From: Azolla caroliniana
Lineage: Eukaryota; Plantae; Polypodiophyta
NCBI GenBank assembly: GCA_043228905.1
Contig: JBHGNT010000012.1
Coordinates: 16,678,001-16,742,000 of the forward strand
Reading direction: 5' to 3'
Length of the DNA stretch: 64,000 nt
The position numbers and the translations under genes were made by a program. Numbering within the stretch: the stretch's first letter is position 1; each line of letters starts with the position of its first letter. The notes under the pieces are model-generated. The model saw only the letters and a program-made list of their open reading frames with translations, had not been told where the DNA came from and did no database searches. Below are positions 61,157-64,000 of this stretch, piece by piece.

Positions 61157-61689
61157 CTGCATGAATAATATACATGTCCAATATTGAGCCAAATATTTTT
61201 GTATCTAACTGCATACAGAGGTCTAGCAAGCAGTTCAGGTCGGGCTTGTACAAGAAGGTAAGACAATCATATGAACTTATTACATACATAACAAAGACAC
61301 TGATTTCTTAGGAGATTGATCAACGTCATTTAAATGATTTTTGCATACATGCCACATTTGTTTGGGTAAATCAAGCCTACTAGACAATTATACACATCAG
61401 GCAGAGTATCCTATTGTGCTCTGTAAGATCCAACATTATCATACATTCATGAAGGCAGAAACTCAAGGATACAAACAAAAGACAGTCAAATTACATCAAC
61501 GATGTCATGTTACGTATAGTGCAACGGAAAGGTATAGAATAATAATAGTTATTTGGAAACTTTGTCCAGTAAGTAATATCCAAATAAACAACTACATCGT
61601 CTAATCACATGAATCAGACAAACATCGAAACCCATGAAAAAAAACTGTCATGTGAATTAAATTACAATAGGGTGGTGAATGTAGTTTAT

Positions 61690-62560
61690 CAAATACTTCT
61701 TCAGGAATTTTGTTTTGAAGGCCATATGAACATTGGCAATGCAACGATGTAAACAATCAGATGGAGATCCAAAGTTGGGCCAGTAATGTGGAAATTGAAG
61801 TCCTTAAAGATCCACTCAAGTCAAATTACTTCACATATATCCAGTGTGCCCCTATAATCCACCCCGTGCTCAATAGAGCCATGGTGGACTGTTTCCTATT
61901 TTGTTCTGGGAGATGGCACGACTTCCCAAGAAGAAGGCAAATCCCAAGATTGACCATCAATCAGACAAAGTAATTGCCAAATTGACACCTGTTCAACCCT
62001 TGAGCCACATGGAACCCCTGCTACGTACAAAATATCACAGTCCATGGTAGCCACTAACAAACATTTCACAACTACTTCATACATTTCCAATGCACATCGC
62101 TCTGCATTACATGGACACGCAAAGGAGGTTAATGGTGTAACTAAGGCTAGGTCAAGTGACTATAAAGTAGATCCGCTATTGATTATCATGTCAAGTCACA
62201 AATAACAGCGCCAATATCACCATGAATCCTCAGGTTCTGCTGAAGGGGTGTTGTAATCTGGTTGCAATCCTTCATGCAGAATTTGAACAAATTCAAGATG
62301 TAATGGCATTGACAAAGCAAGATCCTGCAAGGTCTAGGAAAACTTCAATATGAAGAAAATAGTAGGGCTCACCAACGTTCTTCATTTCAGATTTGGTAAC
62401 GAGTAGAGCTTTTACATTCCTCGTGATAGCCAAGTGTTTTCCTCCAATCACCAGGTCATTGAAATACAGGTAAAATTGCACATACATGGAGTTATGCAAC
62501 TTGGAGACTTGAAAGCCAATTTGCTCAAGTACTTTGATCTTTGAGAGCCATACTATTAAG
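61690..62560 (-). mobile_element. Very decayed copia RT/RNase H remnant, probably intronic
   Basis: LYFNDLVIGG..VKALLVTKSEMKNVGEPYYFLHIEV aligns with copia YVDDxxI..F.MKDLG..FLGIEV. Confidence 0.6.
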
Positions 62561-62579
62561 TATTGGCTGGATACTTACA

Positions 62580-63600
62580 TTTGAGTAACTTGTCACATGA
62601 TATCAAAATTGGGGCAAGTAACAAGGGGAGCTTATAAACCTTAGTGAAAAGCCTCAAAACAAAGATACAAATTTACAAATGTAAAAGAGGTATAAAAGAC
62701 AAAGTGCACTTCTCTAAGTTAGGTTCTATTACGCGACCAAAATATTTAGATGTATTCTTACCAAATGCACTAAGGTTCCCATTGGACAACTTAGAATATC
62801 ACCTCACCAACTTGAGATTGAGAATGGTCGTACTAATGGAATCCCTATAGAGGAAAGGATCTGTAGATTATGTCACATAGAGATAGAGGATGATTACCAC
62901 TTTACATGCAAGTGTCTAACTTACGCCGAGATAAGGGAAAAATACCGAGACATACTCGGACCCTCTCCCACCCTCCCTAAACTATTAGATACTCTAGATA
63001 TAAAGAAATTAGGCAAATATATCTTAGAGCTAAAACAACATAGAGAGAATAAGCTACAAAATGTTGACGATAACGTTTCTAATATTCACCAACATGTAAC
63101 AAATGAAATTTTTCAAGGACAGGGGGAGACAACGAATATGGACACACCTGCACCACTCGGCCTCTTCCTTGATGAAGCAAAAAACCAAAGAAGAACCACA
63201 CGCCCTCAGATGCCAGGTTTCAAAGCAACTTGACATGGTGTAGAAGCAATTAAGAAAATAAGAGAACGTGAGCTACACCGCCTAGAAGCCATGGTTGGGG
63301 TACCTTCTACACTGGGACCATGCGTCACACCCACACCGAAACCCTTTGACCTCCCACTTCTTTTCGAGAGGCTTGAATGGAAATGAAACTAGGCCTAGTA
63401 CAAAGTCATTTCCTTTATCGAATATGTTACACCATAACACGTTTTGTACAATACTAGAACTCTTTTAGCTTAAGTTCTATTTTTATTTTATTTTATTTTT
63501 GATGATTGGGTAAATACCTTATTTTGTTGTACATCAATTTCTCATTGGCCAATTTTTGGCCTTAGAAGACATTAATATATTTTTCTTTCTCACTCTCAAC
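62580..63600 (+). mobile_element. 5'-truncated LINE (RTE-like), same family as 34075-35645
   Basis: Long shared blocks, e.g. TGCACTTCTCTAAGTTAGGTT and GGCCTAGTACAAAG. C-terminal ERICRLCH..EDDYHFTCKC zinc motif. Confidence 0.8.
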
Positions 63601-64000
63601 TTGATCTCCAATCTTAGTCTTTTATTTCCACTCTCTTACTCCCCTTCATTACCCTTGATCCTCATTTTTAAGTTAGAAGCTCCGTTCTTCAGTTTAAATC
63701 TTAAATATTTTAGTTTCACCTTGTATTGAGCATGGTTAGCATTACTCAATTATTAAGATTGTGTTGTGTGACAACAATCTCTCATGTTTTCCTTAATTTA
63801 GAGATTAATTAGTTTTGAAAATCTAGATTAAGTCAGCATACGCAACCATAGTTGACACACTCTTGTTCGTTTCGCAAACAAAAGGATGTATGGTCACCCA
63901 ATCCATTAGACAACAAATCAATGAGGCATATATCCATTTTTATGTTCCATAGGCAAGAACGCCATTTTACTTGACATTTGGTGCCAATCCCAAGGATAAT

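Overview
Eukaryotic, AT-rich nuclear DNA from a land plant; a fern or other non-seed plant is inferred from the style of the PLS-E PPR proteins and the transposon lineages. Positions 1-36 kb are a nest of transposons: (i) a deleted Ty3/gypsy chromovirus (476-3335) whose LTRs carry a tRNA-like Pol III A/B-box cassette, with an apparent Tf1-type self-priming PBS and a -1 frameshift signal; (ii) several decayed Ty1/copia elements and a gypsy fragment with a tRNA-Trp PBS; (iii) a large decayed DDD transposon, probably Sola2-like (~16.4-33.7 kb), carrying a convergent multi-exon RING + FCP1/NIF-phosphatase-like gene and arrays of the palindrome TAGCTAATTAGCTA; (iv) a young full-length copia (18742-24065) with one nonsense codon; (v) a hAT-type MITE and LINE remnants. 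Positions 36-64 kb are genic: two tandem PLS-class PPR ORFs, a complete 15-exon ANTH/PICALM clathrin-assembly gene (- strand), the 3' exons of a conserved uncharacterised plant gene, MITEs, a tRNA-derived SINE and LINE/copia remnants. All calls were made by eye without searches; boundaries of decayed elements are approximate.
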